Below are positions 61,401 to 64,000 of a DNA stretch of 64,000 nt, piece after piece. Numbering within the stretch: position 1 is the first letter of the stretch; every line of letters starts with the position of its first letter. This stretch comes from Laetmonice hystrix. Lineage: Eukaryota. The stretch is from NCBI GenBank assembly GCA_965235115.1, contig OZ249436.1, forward strand, positions 53,942,001 through 54,006,000. The letters run 5' to 3'. The notes below the pieces were generated by a model. It saw only the letters and a list, made by a program, of their open reading frames with translations, did no database searches and was not told where the DNA came from. The translations under genes and the position numbers were made by a program.

Positions 61401-63718
61401 GCGTTCAATCTCCATTCACTGCAAAAGCATATTCAGACAGTGATGCAATGGTAAGCATGTCCCATCTTATGCTTGTATTTCTAGGTGTGTGCTAATATTT
61501 CCCAACTTTGTACTCTGACTTTGGAAAGGTCCCATTTTCTATTGTTAATATTTTCTTTAAAAATCTCTCCTTGTTTGTTAATGCTTGTTGATCTTAAGGT
61601 AAACTGGTGCACGACAAAAAGGTTAATATCTGGTAGTCAAGGAAACAAGTCAAGAATGTAATCAATTGAAAATAGTATCCTGTTGTATCCAGTTACTTAG
61701 AGATTTGTACTTTTCATTAACACATATATAATTTATATTCACTGATGAATCAGTGGGTCTCGTTTACATTAACATATGTGCACTGATGAATCAGTGGGTC
61801 TCGTTTACATTAACATATGTGCACTGATGAATCAGTGGGTCTCGTTTACATTGACATATGTACACTGATGTATCAGTGGGTCTCGTTTACATTAACATAT
61901 GTGCACTGATGAATCAGTGGGTCTCGTTTACATTAACATATGTGCACTGATGTATCAGTGGGTCTCGTTTACATTAACATATGTGCACTGATGAATCAGT
62001 GGGTCTCGTTTACATTAACATATGTACACTGATGAATCAGTGGGTCTCGTTTACATTAACACATATGTGCACTGATGTATCAGTGGGTCTCGTTTATATT
62101 AACACATATAATGCGAATCAGTGGGTCTTGTTTTTGACATTCCCACCAGAGAGCGGCTTGGCATTTTGGCCCTTTAAGACTCTACATGAAATATTCAAAC
62201 CAAGGGGAGAAAATAGAGTAAAAGTATGGTAACGTTTCATACTAATTGTAGTTGAAAGCAATGTGAAATCTGCCTAGATCTAAGGTCTAAGGGAACTTCT
62301 TACCATTCCAGAGTGCAAGAAAATCCCTGGAGTCAGACCATGGAGATCCCTTCATGCTCCTGAATGCCTTTGATGAGTGGGTTCAGGTAAGATATCAAAA
62401 CTATTCATAATTGAAAAATATGCTCTTAAGTTAAAGAAAATTCTAAGATATCTTAAAAAGAATGTTGATTAAAAATTGCATTTGATCCAATTGAAAGGTG
62501 AAGGCAGAGGGCCGTGGAAACACCCGTAAATGGTGTCGTCGGCGTGGTTTGGAGGAGCAACGATTCTATGAAATGACGCGTTTAAAAACCCAGTTCCATC
62601 AAATATTGAAGGTATGTATACATTGAAATATTGCATATCGTAAGTCTATAAATATGGAATTTAACCCTAGTGTACACGTTTTTTGTTAAATTTAATCATA
62701 TACATGTATGTGGCATATGGTGTTTTAGGACAATGGTCTCTTGGAAATGCCTGTTGAGGAACCCAAAGCTTCAACAAGTTATGAAAGGAAAATACAGCAT
62801 GCTGAGAAGCGGAAGTTAAGAGATATGAAGAGAGACCATCAGCGTAACAGGAACAGGCGCAAAATTCTTAAATTGGACCAAGATGTTAGCATGTTTTATT
62901 CTCCTACCCCTCAGACAGGGTTCCCAAGGTCATGAGAAGTTATAGAAAAGGAAATTTGGTTTTCCAAGTTTAGAAAATGGAAAATAGGAAAACAAGGGAA
63001 AGTCATGAAAAAGTCATGGAATTTGAGATTACTCTTGAACCATATTTTTGTTTCTGCCAGGTCAAAATTGTAAAGTTCCATGACATACTAGGGGACACTT
63101 CTGGGATTTTAGTTTATTTTGTTAATTTTATCCAGAATTTTATGAAATTTGAGAGTTGGTCTGGAAAAGTCATGAAATTTCAATATAGCCAACCTGTGGG
63201 AACCCTGTCAGATGTACCAGTGGTCTAGTTTGATATGTACATGTACATCCTCCAGTTTAACCTTTCAGACATAATCAGTTAAGTTCAACAGTCCAGGGAG
63301 GCGTTTCATAACCTGTCATAAGCTTGCTATGTCATTGAATCCCTTGTATGATCTAAAATTGAGATTTTATTGCATGACACTAACCTATCATACCACATTT
63401 CATAATTATATGTGTTTGCTTGTTACTGGTTTGTAGTAGTAAAAGTGATAGAGAACTGAAGGTGATTGTATTCTGTAGGACTTTACCATCAGTGGTGACG
63501 AGGAAGGAGAGGACGACCTTGATGTAAACATCCGTGACCTTGAGTTTCGGTTGATGAATGACCTTGACAGCATGCAGGACAAAAGCAGCCAAAGCCGAAA
63601 CTTTACAATCCGTCAGATCACCATGTTGAAGGTCATCCTCTGTTCAGGCCTATATCCCCATGTTGCACTCGCAGACGAAACCAACGCCTCACAGTCTGAG
63701 CCGGTCTTCCACACCAGA
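55406..63718 (+). CDS. DHX34: DEAH-box RNA helicase DHX34 (NMD factor), 5' part; continues beyond window end
   Basis: Exons 55406-55962, 56200-56279, 56447-56584, 57058-57140, 57460-57597, 57753-57887, 58009-58063, 58260-58327, 58478-58627, 58974-59099, 59356-59511, 59789-59896, 60088-60184, 60420-60567, 60717-60783, 60967-61074, 61364-61450, 62312-62386, 62498-62611, 62729-62884 and 63479-63718. Motifs [41 protein letters not shown] and QRKGRSGR, plus DHX34-typical [17 protein letters not shown] and [15 protein letters not shown]. Confidence 0.93.
61740..62130 (+). repeat. 41-bp minisatellite, about 9 copies, in a DHX34 intron
   Basis: Unit CACTGATG(A/T)ATCAGTGGGTCTCGTTTACATTAACATATGT(G/A), head-to-tail with no spacers. 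Confidence 0.95.
62916..63207. mobile_element. CAGGG..CCCTG MITE with 5-bp TSD (hAT5-like)
   Basis: TIR CAGGGTTCCCA / TGGGAACCCTG, TSD TCAGA (62911-62915, 63208-63212), AAAAGTCATG subrepeats. Confidence 0.8.
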
Positions 63719-64000
63719 GTATGTACCGGTACACAATTGAATCATCTGACCTTAGAGGGACGTCACTATATTAGTTCACAGGATTGAGGGTTAAGCACTC
63801 TAGCATAGCAGTACATTTCAGAGAATGATGGCTATTTTTAGGGAATGACTGCTTCCACTGTGGGAACATGATACATTCTACTAATATTCCATCATTCTTA
63901 CAAGAAAAGATGCATCAGGCCACACCAAACAGATAGGTGCGAGGAGGGTTGTGAACTAGGTCTATACTCCACCATATGTATTATATTATACCTAATACAC

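Noticed and set aside
61740..62130. CRISPR-like array
   Set aside because: Units are head-to-tail with no unique spacers, lie in a spliceosomal intron, and no cas genes are present.

Overview
This is eukaryotic (metazoan, probably marine invertebrate) genomic DNA. It is AT-rich with GT-AG introns and shows no prokaryotic features. Seven spliced genes can be reconstructed by hand: MTTP (minus, runs off the left edge), DNAAF4/DYX1C1 (minus), WDR93 (plus), RBM8A/Y14 (minus), MPHOSPH10 (plus), DIS3L (minus) and DHX34 (plus, runs off the right edge). Six of them form three consecutive head-to-head pairs: one cilia pair and two RNA processing/decay pairs. Introns, especially promoter-proximal ones, are full of non-autonomous DNA transposons with readable TIRs and TSDs (P-like, Ginger1-like, MULE/Foldback-like, hAT5-like, Harbinger-like, Tc1/pogo-like), some nested several levels deep. 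The most notable observations are a U12-type intron in DNAAF4, a large Ser/Arg-rich WDR93 exon broken by one in-frame TGA, an MTTP splice acceptor lying in a transposon end, a 17-bp inverted repeat framing the DIS3L/DHX34 promoter, a MITE carrying three tandem CTCF-like motifs, and a strong excess of TA-NNNN-TA palindromes resembling excision footprints. Gene names come from recalled similarity to vertebrate proteins; no database search was run. I found no evidence of a wholly new enzymatic system.
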